DNA from: Bacteroidales bacterium UBA6680
GTDB taxonomy: Bacteria > Bacteroidota > Bacteroidia > Bacteroidales > UBA6680
Length of the DNA: 64,000 bases
NCBI GenBank assembly: GCA_002454955.1
Contig: DKJY01000045.1
Location: 42,282-106,281 of the forward strand
Direction of reading: 5' to 3'
Position 1 is the stretch's first letter, and the number at the start of each line of letters is the position of its first letter. Of the stretch, positions 46,785 through 55,926 are shown piece after piece. Both the position numbers and the translations under genes were made by a program. The notes beneath the pieces were generated by a model, which was not told the DNA's origin, made no database searches, and saw only the letters and a list, made by a program, of their open reading frames with translations.

Positions 46785-48194
46785 ATGAAAAAATTATATA
46801 TAATACTTGCTCTGCTACTGGTAATATTTAATACCAAAGCGCAGGAAGTTATCACACTTAAGCGATGTCGTGAGATGGCTGTTGCTACAAGTGAAGATAT
46901 AAAGATATCTAAGAAACAGATTGACAAAACTATTGCAGATAAAGCAGCAATGCGAACAATGTACCTGCCAAAATTGAGTGGTTCAGCTACAGGAATATAT
47001 GTAAAAGATGATATAAAAACAGATATGTATCTGCCTACATATGTGGTTAATCCTACTACAGGTAAGCTTGTACCAAACGTAACAATAAACCCGGCAACAG
47101 GTAAGCCGGTAATTGGACCTGACGGAAATCCTCTGTTTAATATGTATGCTATGCTTCCGCTTGAGATAAGTCTTAAAGGAGCATATATGGCAGGGGTAAA
47201 GATTGAGCAAGCCATATTTGCCGGAGGTAAAATAATTGCCGGAAATAAGATGGCTGCAATTGGTGTGCAGATGGCTAAATATAACGATGAGTTACAGCAG
47301 ATGAACACAATATACGAGGCCGATAATGCATACTGGTTATATGTCTCAGTAAATGAGAAGGTGAAACTTGCCAAAAAAGCATCGTTATTACTAAAAGCTT
47401 TGGTAAAGAGAGTAGAGAACAGCTATAATGCAGGTATGATAAATCGTAATGAGCTGCTAAAAGTAAAGGTTAAGTATAATAATTCGCTTCTGGATCTGCA
47501 GAAAGCAGAGAGCGGACAAGAGTTAACACGCATGTCGTTATGCAGAGTAACAGGGCTTGATTACAGTACAGATATTGTTGTAACGGATACAATAATTGAT
47601 ACAGACAAGAGTGTTATAAGCACGGCAGGCAATGAGAATATCACAGAACGTCCTGAATATAAAATGTTATCGGGCAATGTAGATTTAAAGAGACAGAATA
47701 TAAACCTTACACGCGGCGATTTTCTACCTACTGCTGGTATTGCGGCATCTTACAACCATATTGGAGGTATTAAGGTTACTGGTAAAGATTACACATCAAA
47801 CAATATGAATGTTATGGTTAGTGTAAAGGTTCCTCTTTTTCACTGGCGCGAAGGTAAACGCAAGGTTACATCAGCAAGAATTAATCATGATATCTCTACA
47901 TTTGAACTAGAGAAGAGTGTAAAGCTAATGAAACTAGAGGTTGAGCAGGCTAAATTAAACCTTAAAGATTCATATACACGTATTGAGATTGCCAAAAGTG
48001 CACTTATGCAAGCTGAAGAGAACCTAAGAGTGAGTACCGACAATTACGAGACAGGAATGGAGGTAATTACTGATCACCTTATGGCACAAACAGAGTGGCA
48101 GAAAGCTCATAGCGAACTAATTGATGCAAAAGTTGATTTCAAACTAAAAGAGTCAGCGTATCTAAAAGCTACAGCAAAACTGACAATAAAATAA
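46785..48194 (+). CDS. TolC family outer membrane efflux protein
   Basis: 469 aa with a signal peptide and two OEP repeats. It follows the adaptor and pump genes. Confidence 0.85.
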   Translation: MKKLYIILALLLVIFNTKAQEVITLKRCREMAVATSEDIKISKKQIDKTIADKAAMRTMYLPKLSGSATGIYVKDDIKTDMYLPTYVVNPTTGKLVPNVTINPATGKPVIGPDGNPLFNMYAMLPLEISLKGAYMAGVKIEQAIFAGGKIIAGNKMAAIGVQMAKYNDELQQMNTIYEADNAYWLYVSVNEKVKLAKKASLLLKALVKRVENSYNAGMINRNELLKVKVKYNNSLLDLQKAESGQELTRMSLCRVTGLDYSTDIVVTDTIIDTDKSVISTAGNENITERPEYKMLSGNVDLKRQNINLTRGDFLPTAGIAASYNHIGGIKVTGKDYTSNNMNVMVSVKVPLFHWREGKRKVTSARINHDISTFELEKSVKLMKLEVEQAKLNLKDSYTRIEIAKSALMQAEENLRVSTDNYETGMEVITDHLMAQTEWQKAHSELIDAKVDFKLKESAYLKATAKLTIK

Positions 48195-48213
48195 ACATAT
48201 AAAGCAGGACAAG

Positions 48214-49260
48214 ATGAACAGTAAAGAGCTTAACTATGCAACAACATTAACATCATACAGTTTCAGATCAATTACTATACGTATAATATTTGTTGGTTTA
48301 CTAGGACTTCTTTTCCTGCTATTCTCTTTAAGTTTTGCACAAGATTCTGAGCTGAATATTTACAGCATAGAATTAATTGAGTATATAAGAATAATTGCAG
48401 CGTATATAGTCTGCTCAGAATGCAACGTTCTGTTAGACAATATATCAGAGAAGTACTTACCTATACCTGGTAAGTTAAAAACCAGAATAATGGTTCATAT
48501 TCTGATGAATGCTATTCTTATATCGATACTATTTATCTACTTCAGAAATGTATACAACGGAACTATCGATTTTATAAATAATCCTGTTTCTAAATTGATG
48601 CTTGCTTTTAGTCTGTTATTTATTATAATGATTATTGTATTTGGTATCACAGTTAGGATTACCAGGAAGTGGTTAGATTCTGAAAGAGAGAATAATTCAC
48701 TTAAACGGGCAAAGCTTAAAAGCGATTATAATTCTTTACAGGATCAGCTTAATCCACACTTTTTGTTTAATAACCTGAGTGTTCTTAAATCAATGATTAT
48801 GTATAATCAGAAGGCTGCTGAGAGCTTTACGCAGAACTTTACCGATGTATACAGGTATGTTTTGCAAAGCAGAGACAGAACAACTGTACAGCTTATTGAC
48901 GAACTTGAGTTTATTGAGTCATATATAGGATTGCACAAGGAACGTTTAGGAGAACGTTTAAGTGTAAAGATGAGCATTGAGAATGGCCACTTAAATCAAC
49001 AGCTTCCACCTCTTTCGTTACAACTACTTGTTGAGAATGCAATAAAACACAACATTGCCTCAAAGAGTCTGCCACTACAAATTGACATATATACAAAATC
49101 AAATAATATTGTAGTAGCAAACAACTACAATCCAAAGGAATCGACATACTCAACAAAGAAGGGGATGAAAAATCTGAAAATGCGTTATAAACTTTTAACA
49201 CAAAAAGAGGTTATTATAACTCAAAACAGTAACTTTATTGTTGAATTACCATTGCTATGA
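48214..49260 (+). CDS. sensor histidine kinase, LytS/YehU type (His_kinase PF06580-like)
   Basis: 348 aa with an N-terminal TM bundle, followed by QLNPHFLFNNLSVLKSMI and LLVENAIKHN. Confidence 0.8.
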   Translation: MNSKELNYATTLTSYSFRSITIRIIFVGLLGLLFLLFSLSFAQDSELNIYSIELIEYIRIIAAYIVCSECNVLLDNISEKYLPIPGKLKTRIMVHILMNAILISILFIYFRNVYNGTIDFINNPVSKLMLAFSLLFIIMIIVFGITVRITRKWLDSERENNSLKRAKLKSDYNSLQDQLNPHFLFNNLSVLKSMIMYNQKAAESFTQNFTDVYRYVLQSRDRTTVQLIDELEFIESYIGLHKERLGERLSVKMSIENGHLNQQLPPLSLQLLVENAIKHNIASKSLPLQIDIYTKSNNIVVANNYNPKESTYSTKKGMKNLKMRYKLLTQKEVIITQNSNFIVELPLL

Positions 49261-50018
49261 GAATACTGATAATTGAAGACGAACAGCACAATATTGTGAT
49301 GCTGGAAGGATTAATAAAGATGTTAAGACCCGAATGGAACATTATAGATACACTTGATAGTGTTGAGGATAGTGTTATCTGGTTTAATAAAAACGACCAT
49401 CCGGATCTTATCTTCATGGATATTCAGCTAATAGATGGCGACTGTTTCTCTATATTTGAACAGGTTAAGATAGAGAGTTTGGTGATATTCACTACTGCTT
49501 ATGACAACTATGCAATAAAAGCTTTTAAGGTAAACAGTGTAGATTATCTCCTAAAACCAATAAAAGATAAAGATCTTGAAGAGGCGATACACAAATTTGA
49601 GAGGATTAAAAATGCAATAAGTAAAAATCGTGTAGACTACAATAAGGTTATAGGAATGATAAGATCTGATCATAAACAGTATAAAAACAGGTTTATGGTA
49701 TGCGGAAAGGACTCCTTTTTTAAGCTCAATACTACAGATATAGCAATGTTTACAAGCAGAAATAAAATAACTTTTGCTGTTACATACGACAATAAAGAGC
49801 ATGTTATTGACCATAGTCTTGATAAACTGGAACATGAACTTGATCCTGTAAACTTTTACCGTGCCAACAGACATACTATTCTTAACATAGACTCAATTGA
49901 CAAGTTTGAAAACTATTTTGGAGGCAAATTAATTGTAAAACTTATTCCCCCATTTAAAGAGACTATTACTATAAGCAGACTAAAAACCTCGGCATTTAAA
50001 ATATGGGTTGGCAAATAA
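49257..50018 (+). CDS. LytTR family response regulator
   Basis: 253 aa. The receiver domain reads MRILIIEDE...LIFMDIQL, with a C-terminal LytTR DNA-binding domain. It has a 4-bp overlap with the kinase gene. Confidence 0.88.
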   Translation: MRILIIEDEQHNIVMLEGLIKMLRPEWNIIDTLDSVEDSVIWFNKNDHPDLIFMDIQLIDGDCFSIFEQVKIESLVIFTTAYDNYAIKAFKVNSVDYLLKPIKDKDLEEAIHKFERIKNAISKNRVDYNKVIGMIRSDHKQYKNRFMVCGKDSFFKLNTTDIAMFTSRNKITFAVTYDNKEHVIDHSLDKLEHELDPVNFYRANRHTILNIDSIDKFENYFGGKLIVKLIPPFKETITISRLKTSAFKIWVGK

Positions 50019-50095
50019 TAACCAGACAATAATCTTTTATCATATTAATGCGCATATAATATAATTTGTTATTACAAATGCACTGCAAAGTTTAA

Positions 50096-50103
50096 TATAT
50101 TTG
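50096..50103 (+). promoter_or_regulatory. Bacteroidota -7 box (TAnnTTTG)
   Basis: TATATTTG lies 22 bp upstream of the ATG at 50125. The TTG used as the ORF-track start (50101) is part of this box. Confidence 0.45.
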
Positions 50104-50124
50104 ATCTCAAATAGAGATATAATT

Positions 50125-51294
50125 ATGCAGTACAATTTTGATTTACTCCCAAACAGAAAAGATACAAACTGTTTTAAACACGATGCATTAAAAACGGTTT
50201 TTAATGCTGATGATATCACACCTCTATGGGTAGCTGATATGGATTTTGAGGCTCCTGATTTTATAAGAAATGCTGTTACAGAGAGAGCAAGGCATGCAGT
50301 ATATGGCTATACATTTTTTAGCGATGAATTTTATAAATCGGTAATAGATTGGATGTATAAAAGGCATAACTACACGCTTAAAACATCGTGGTTAAATGTT
50401 ACACCTGGTGTAGTTACCGGTATATCTGTTGCAATAATGGCTCTAACAAATCCGGGAGATGAGATAATAATACAATCGCCCGTATATTATCCTTTTTATG
50501 ATCTGGTTACATCTAACAATAGAGAACTTATCATAAACAACCTTTGCAACGAATCAGGTAGTTATAAGATGGATATTAGCCATCTAAAATCGATAATTAC
50601 AGATAAAACCAAGATGATTATTATCTCCAACCCTCACAACCCAGTAGGAAGGGTTTGGTCAGAGAATGAACTAAAAGAACTGGTAGAGGTTTGCGAACAG
50701 AATAACATTATGATAATTGCAGATGAGATACATTGTGATATTACATTTGGTAGCTACAACTATACGCCTATTGCTCAAATTAGCGACTATGCAAGAGAAA
50801 ACTCAATTACTTTTATAGCGCCAAGTAAAACATTTAATATAGCCGGATTATCTACCTCTATCTGTTCAATTCCATCAGAACAGCTTAGAGATAAATTTAC
50901 AACACTAAAAAACCGACTGCATTTTGATACAGGTAATGTATTTGGAACTGTAGCTTTTGAAGCTGCTTACAAATATGGTGATGAGTGGTTAAATCAGCTA
51001 CTTGACTATCTGCAAAAGAGTGCACAGATGGTAACCAATATGTTTGCTGAACATCTGCCTGCTGTAAAGGTTTCCAGTCTGGAAGGTACATATCTGATGT
51101 GGTTAGATTTTTCGGCACTGAATATGTCTGATGATGATCTTAACAAATTAATGATTGATAAAGCAAAAGTAGGTTTAAGTCAGGGTATAAGTTTTGGAAA
51201 AAACGGAACCGGATTTATGCGAATGAATATTGGCTCACCACGCGCCGTAATTGAGGATTCAGTAAAAAGGATAATAGAAGCTATTAAGCAGTAA
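50125..51294 (+). CDS. PLP-dependent C-S lyase / aminotransferase class I-II (MalY/PatB type cystathionine beta-lyase)
   Basis: 389 aa from MQYNFDLLPNRKDTNCFKHD...WVADMDF. SNPHNPVGRVW and a PSKTFN lysine motif are present. Confidence 0.8.
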   Translation: MQYNFDLLPNRKDTNCFKHDALKTVFNADDITPLWVADMDFEAPDFIRNAVTERARHAVYGYTFFSDEFYKSVIDWMYKRHNYTLKTSWLNVTPGVVTGISVAIMALTNPGDEIIIQSPVYYPFYDLVTSNNRELIINNLCNESGSYKMDISHLKSIITDKTKMIIISNPHNPVGRVWSENELKELVEVCEQNNIMIIADEIHCDITFGSYNYTPIAQISDYARENSITFIAPSKTFNIAGLSTSICSIPSEQLRDKFTTLKNRLHFDTGNVFGTVAFEAAYKYGDEWLNQLLDYLQKSAQMVTNMFAEHLPAVKVSSLEGTYLMWLDFSALNMSDDDLNKLMIDKAKVGLSQGISFGKNGTGFMRMNIGSPRAVIEDSVKRIIEAIKQ

Positions 51295-51418
51295 AAAATA
51301 TTTATCCATACGATTCTGTATCTCAATTGTATAAACTCAGGAGTTAAAAAACTATAAAAAAAAGCGAGTGCAATTGTTGTTTATTACAATAAAAACCCAC
51401 ACTTTTGCACACGCAATT

Positions 51419-51500
51419 GCGGATGTGGCGTAATTGGTAGCCGCGCTAGACTTAGGATCTAGTGCCGTGAGGCGTGGGGGTTCGAGTCCCTTCATCCGCA
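51419..51500 (+). tRNA. tRNA-Leu (anticodon UAG), copy 1
   Basis: I folded it by hand. Acceptor GCGGATG/CATCCGC, anticodon stem CTAGA/TCTAG with loop CTTAGGA (anticodon TAG), a long variable arm GCC-GTGA-GGC (type II), and T loop TTCGAGT. No encoded CCA. Confidence 0.93.
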
Positions 51501-51503
51501 CAA

Positions 51504-51538
51504 AGAGCTGTTCAGATATACTGAGCAGCTTTTTTTTT
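51504..51538. terminator. terminator after tRNA-Leu copy 1 (also abuts the 3' end of the convergent gene)
   Basis: agctgttcag-atata-ctgagcagct is a 10-bp stem with one G-U pair, followed by tttttttt. Confidence 0.7.
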
Positions 51539-51543
51539 ACACT

Positions 51544-52206
51544 CTATTCTGTCAATAACACTCCTGCTTGTTTCAAATATTCTATGCGTTTTCTTACAGC
51601 TTCTATATTGTTTGTTACACCAAGCTTCTCATATAAAACATCAATATCATTAATAATTATTGACTCCTCTGTTATACTTCCTGCAACTAAAGGAGAATTA
51701 ACAGTAAGCAGACTACCTATAGCTTTGTACTCTTTTAGTGCTAAAGAATCATTATTTGATACTACATCAAATACTCTGGTTGCGAATATTGGTCTTATTC
51801 CGGCATATCCCCCACCATCACTATAAAAGGTTCTACAACCATCCTCAATAATAACCAACAGTTCTCTGTCTTTATCCAAATCAGTATTTTCAGAAAAGAT
51901 GCCGATCACACCTTTTCCGTATGTAAGATCATATCCATTAATTGCCGTTCTTAAATAATCATTAGTATTATAATCTGCAATAGAGCTATAATAAACAGTA
52001 ATCATAAACTCAAGTTCATCATCACTGTTTACATAGTGCGAAAATACAACAGAAGATTTTTTAAAATTCCCTATATCTACATCATCAGATGAATAGAGTA
52101 CATTCTCATCAGGAAACAGCAAAGAGTGTTTTGTATCTATATTCTTACCTATTAGAGGTAATGTAGATAGTAGCATTAAAAATGGTAACAGTAAACGCAT
52201 TATCAA
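51544..52206 (-). CDS. hypothetical secreted protein
   Basis: 220 aa with a signal peptide (MRLLLPFLMLLSTLPLIG). It lies 3 bp downstream of the sensor kinase gene. I recognise no family. Confidence 0.6.
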   Translation of the reverse strand: MIMRLLLPFLMLLSTLPLIGKNIDTKHSLLFPDENVLYSSDDVDIGNFKKSSVVFSHYVNSDDELEFMITVYYSSIADYNTNDYLRTAINGYDLTYGKGVIGIFSENTDLDKDRELLVIIEDGCRTFYSDGGGYAGIRPIFATRVFDVVSNNDSLALKEYKAIGSLLTVNSPLVAGSITEESIIINDIDVLYEKLGVTNNIEAVRKRIEYLKQAGVLLTE

Positions 52207-52209
52207 TAC

Positions 52210-54213
52210 TTATTTATCAGACAAAGGGGCTGTCATAGTCAGTACAGTTCCATTATCGTTATTATCTATATCTAATGATCCACCTATAATCTCAGCTCTT
52301 GATTTCATATTTTTTATACCATTACCTTCATATGATTTTCTATTTGCAGATCCATTATCAGATACTATCAACTCAACAGTATTACCTTTTGCTCTGAAAA
52401 CAAAATAGATTTTGGTTGCTTCAGAATGTTTATTGATATTTGTTATAGCCTCCTGAAGTATTCTGTATGAGTTAAACTTAAAATCTTCTGTAAGCCAACT
52501 GTCGTCAACTTCATAAACAAAATCTAACTGCTTTTCAGATATACTCTTCTCTAGCATACTCTTTATCAATTGCTCAAACGAGGTATCATTAAATTCCGGT
52601 GGAACAAGATCATGAGATAGCCTTCGTGTATTATCATAAATTTTATTCAGTTCAGCAACAGCTTTGTCATTATCAATTAATCCCGCTTCTAATTGCATTC
52701 GCACTCCTGTTATTTCACTACACACTCCATCATGAAGCTCCTGTGATATTCTCTGCCTCTCTTCTTCCTGACCCGATACAGCAGCTTTAATTGATTTTAT
52801 CTTATGCGATTGATAAAGGTTATTATACTCCTCTTTTGCAAGTATTTCGTTCTTATTTGCTAATTCAATTTTCATTAATTGTTTACGCCTGTAAAGAATA
52901 AAAACAATAAATAATACAAATACACCTGATATTCCTAAATACAACGCTATATTCTTATTCCTGATATTTAGCAAATTCAATGCCCTATCTCTTTCGAGAA
53001 TAGCAATCTGTTTATCTTGTTTCTCAAATTCATATCGTTGAGCAATATCCATAACTCTATTTGTAGTACTCACATTTAGTAGAGAGTCCTTTAACATTGA
53101 ATAATGTGAATAGTATTGTAATGCCTCATCATAAACTTTTTTTGCTTTAAGCAACTCACTCTTCAACAGATATGCACTTACTAAGTCATTTACCGATTTA
53201 CATTCTATAAATATGCTAACAGCTTTGTCTGTATACAAGTTTGCCTTAGCATAATCTTTATAACTAAACAACACATTAGCTAACCTTAAATAATAATCGC
53301 CCTGTAGCTTACCGGGCATATTAAGCCCTTCAAGATCTTTAAGTAACAACAGTGCTTCAGTATCACTTAAATATTCTGACAAAACAATATTAGCCTTTAT
53401 GTAGTTGGACAACTGCTTCTTTCTCTCAAAATACTCAATCGTCTCTTTAATTGTACTTACACAATCTTTACCCTTAAGAAATGAATCTGCATAACTCAAT
53501 TTTGCTAAGTTGTAATCTACAGAGTCAACCCCATATGATAGATTTTGTATTGCTGTCTCTTTATACAATTTTGCTTTCTTTTTATCTCCTAACTTCAGAT
53601 AGAGATCGGAAATATTACTCATACACATTCCCTGAAAAGGTTTATTTTCAAGAGAATCTAATATGTTAACAGCCAACATATATTGGTCAATTGCAGAGTT
53701 ATACATACCCATATTCTTAAATAGGTTTCCTTTAGTATTATAACTCTTAGCAACAAAGAAATCTTTTCCGGTACAGTTCTTAAATAAAACTATACTACTA
53801 TCAATCAAGGTTATTGCCTTTGTCGGACTCCCCATATCTTTTTCTATTAAGGCAAGATTAAAATATACGGAAGCTCTGTTTGATATTGACGAAATATCTA
53901 AACTCTCTTCGTAAAACTCTTTTGCCTTAACAAGATTAGATGTAACATAATAAACATTTCCAGCTGCAATAAGTGCAGTACTATAGTTTTTTATTAAATT
54001 GTTTTGCTTTGAATATTCTGCAGATTCTAAGAAATAGTATAAACTAGAATCTATATTAATACGATAATATCCAATCCCAATCTTGTATAAAGATTTTGCC
54101 TTCTCTACTCCATCAATACTGGTTAAAACAGTTTTTAAACTATCAACATTTATCTTTGAATAGCCATTTAAACTTATAAGCACAATAACTAAACACGCAA
54201 AAAACCTTTTCAT
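52210..54213 (-). CDS. TPR-repeat sensor histidine kinase (HisKA_3/NarX-type)
   Basis: 667 aa. Signal peptide, about 400 aa of TPR-like repeats, one TM (IALYLGISGVFVLFIVFILY), a coiled coil, the H-box SQELHDGVCSEI, and a C-terminal HATPase_c domain (NINKHS...DNGSA...GNGIKNM). Confidence 0.8.
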   Translation of the reverse strand: MKRFFACLVIVLISLNGYSKINVDSLKTVLTSIDGVEKAKSLYKIGIGYYRINIDSSLYYFLESAEYSKQNNLIKNYSTALIAAGNVYYVTSNLVKAKEFYEESLDISSISNRASVYFNLALIEKDMGSPTKAITLIDSSIVLFKNCTGKDFFVAKSYNTKGNLFKNMGMYNSAIDQYMLAVNILDSLENKPFQGMCMSNISDLYLKLGDKKKAKLYKETAIQNLSYGVDSVDYNLAKLSYADSFLKGKDCVSTIKETIEYFERKKQLSNYIKANIVLSEYLSDTEALLLLKDLEGLNMPGKLQGDYYLRLANVLFSYKDYAKANLYTDKAVSIFIECKSVNDLVSAYLLKSELLKAKKVYDEALQYYSHYSMLKDSLLNVSTTNRVMDIAQRYEFEKQDKQIAILERDRALNLLNIRNKNIALYLGISGVFVLFIVFILYRRKQLMKIELANKNEILAKEEYNNLYQSHKIKSIKAAVSGQEEERQRISQELHDGVCSEITGVRMQLEAGLIDNDKAVAELNKIYDNTRRLSHDLVPPEFNDTSFEQLIKSMLEKSISEKQLDFVYEVDDSWLTEDFKFNSYRILQEAITNINKHSEATKIYFVFRAKGNTVELIVSDNGSANRKSYEGNGIKNMKSRAEIIGGSLDIDNNDNGTVLTMTAPLSDK

Positions 54214-54446
54214 CTGTTTATTTTTTCTTTTTAATGGTCAGATGGGACTCGTATTTACAATCATATTCGTGTATAAAAAATAGTTGCTAATACCAGTTTC
54301 ATCATATTAATTTAGTGTAGATCATAAAAGTATGATATATTCTTATATGTCAAAACAAAAAAAGAAACGAGTTCGAAAATCAAACCCGTTTACTCCATTA
54401 TGATAGACTATATAGATTCAGAAGATTATCCTGAAGCTATATAATA

Positions 54447-55232
54447 CTACCTATAATTATTATACATATTGTGGTTTATGTTCTCTTTTGCTAACTTATT
54501 ACTTGCAGACTGTACCTGCGCAAAAAGTATTGGACCTAGAACTAGATAATTTATAGCACTACCAATATAAGGTATCAATGTTAATATACAAGCTGTTGTA
54601 GCTAATCCTACAGAGACCTGAGGCGGTTGATTTCTCAATTTGAATTGAAAATTTAGCCTGAAAGCCAGTTTGCGCCAAAATACAAATAGCCAATATAGGT
54701 TAAACAGTGGTATAAATAATAATCCTATTGCTTTTCCTCCACCAAAATCATCATCTTTAATAATTGGTAACTTTGAGTGTTTTGAACCACAATAAATAGT
54801 TGTAAAAATCCCCAAAGTCAGATAGTGTAACAGTATTCCCACACCAGTACTAAATGTATCAAAAAAATAGTGTTTCTTGTAAATGTTAAGTTCATCACCG
54901 TTCAAACTACCAATATCAAAATACTGATCGTAAACAGGTTTAGATGAAAAACTATGACCATAATCAGATATCTCATAATTATTGCTTGTATTTTGCTGGG
55001 GCGTATATGATACATTAACAGGCGATGGCGGAGGTGTATTTACTGTAGATGGCGGAGGAGGCGGTACACTAACAAATAAAACCTGCAACTCGGGTACTCC
55101 TTTGGCATTAGACCAGTCATTCATTCCTTGACACCATACCTTTGTGTTCTCATCGATACTCTTAGTCTTTAACTCTTCAATTGTATATGGGCCATTCTGT
55201 TGGTTCTCTATGTTTAAAAAATAATACTCCAT
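54447..55232 (-). CDS. GYF_2 (DUF4339)-domain membrane protein with proline-rich linker and DUF4234-like TM domain
   Basis: 261 aa with MEYYFLNIENQQNGPYTIEELKT...KVWCQGMNDWSNAKGVPEL, then PPPPPSTVNTPPPSP, then TM helices (LTLGIFTTIY..., LLFIPLFNLYWLFVFW). Confidence 0.65.
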   Translation of the reverse strand: MEYYFLNIENQQNGPYTIEELKTKSIDENTKVWCQGMNDWSNAKGVPELQVLFVSVPPPPPSTVNTPPPSPVNVSYTPQQNTSNNYEISDYGHSFSSKPVYDQYFDIGSLNGDELNIYKKHYFFDTFSTGVGILLHYLTLGIFTTIYCGSKHSKLPIIKDDDFGGGKAIGLLFIPLFNLYWLFVFWRKLAFRLNFQFKLRNQPPQVSVGLATTACILTLIPYIGSAINYLVLGPILFAQVQSASNKLAKENINHNMYNNYR

Positions 55233-55276
55233 AATAAAGGTTTATAAAAGTTTAATATTCATTAGTCATTGTATCA

Positions 55277-55819
55277 TTAACCACCATAAAAGAAGTAACC
55301 ACTGTTATTCTTAAGGTCATCACCTGAGCTATCTTCATAATATTCAGCAGCCTCCTTCTTCGAAAAATCTTCAGGTATATCAGATGGTATTATTTCAACC
55401 TTTATATCACAGTTTGGATCATATGGCCACCATTTACCAATATTTATCTTTATCATCTTACTTTGCTCAGGAGATAATTCACATACTTCGTTTGATAGAT
55501 ATTCATGGGTTATTTCTGGTTTTACAAACGTTTTTCCAAAAAAATTCTTTGCATACCTACTGGCATTAATATATATCATATTCTTTTTTGCCAATTTCTT
55601 AGCTTCATAAAAGGTTATATCTGCATCTGATACCCTTATCTTAAAACAACCATTATAAAAATGGTCACCACTATTTTTTACAACAACAGAAATTGTGTTT
55701 GAATCATCTCCAACTTCAGGGGTTAAAATATGCGCTATAACAAGATCGCTTTTTTGTGTATATGCGCTTAAGTATGCAGTAAACAACATAAGGATCACAC
55801 AAATAACTCTCTGTTTCAT
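55277..55819 (-). CDS. hypothetical secreted protein (weak CARDB-like beta-sandwich signature)
   Basis: 180 aa with a signal peptide. LVIAHILTPEVGDDSNTISVVVKNSGD resembles CARDB domain starts; this is tentative. Confidence 0.55.
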   Translation of the reverse strand: MKQRVICVILMLFTAYLSAYTQKSDLVIAHILTPEVGDDSNTISVVVKNSGDHFYNGCFKIRVSDADITFYEAKKLAKKNMIYINASRYAKNFFGKTFVKPEITHEYLSNEVCELSPEQSKMIKINIGKWWPYDPNCDIKVEIIPSDIPEDFSKKEAAEYYEDSSGDDLKNNSGYFFYGG

Positions 55820-55883
55820 AATATTCTATAATTTATTTATGATTAATAATAGATTCTGTGATATATCAGAATAAGAATTTAAT

Positions 55884-55917
55884 GTCAATGAATAATGTTT
55901 GTACACTATTCACTGAC
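55884..55917 (-). terminator. intergenic hairpin just 3' of the 1425-aa gene (possible terminator/attenuator)
   Basis: gtcaatgaata-(12 nt)-tattcactgac is an 11-bp stem with one mismatch. The T-rich tract on the minus strand is only moderate. Confidence 0.35.
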
Positions 55918-55926
55918 ATAATTATA

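Noticed and set aside
51434-51826. 130-aa ORF (and the 82-aa ORF at 61615-61863) beginning MVAALDLGSSAVRRGGSSPFIRTK
   Set aside because: Both start inside the tRNA-Leu gene and simply read through tRNA and terminator sequence. The first also runs antisense to the 220-aa gene. They are artefacts of ORF calling.
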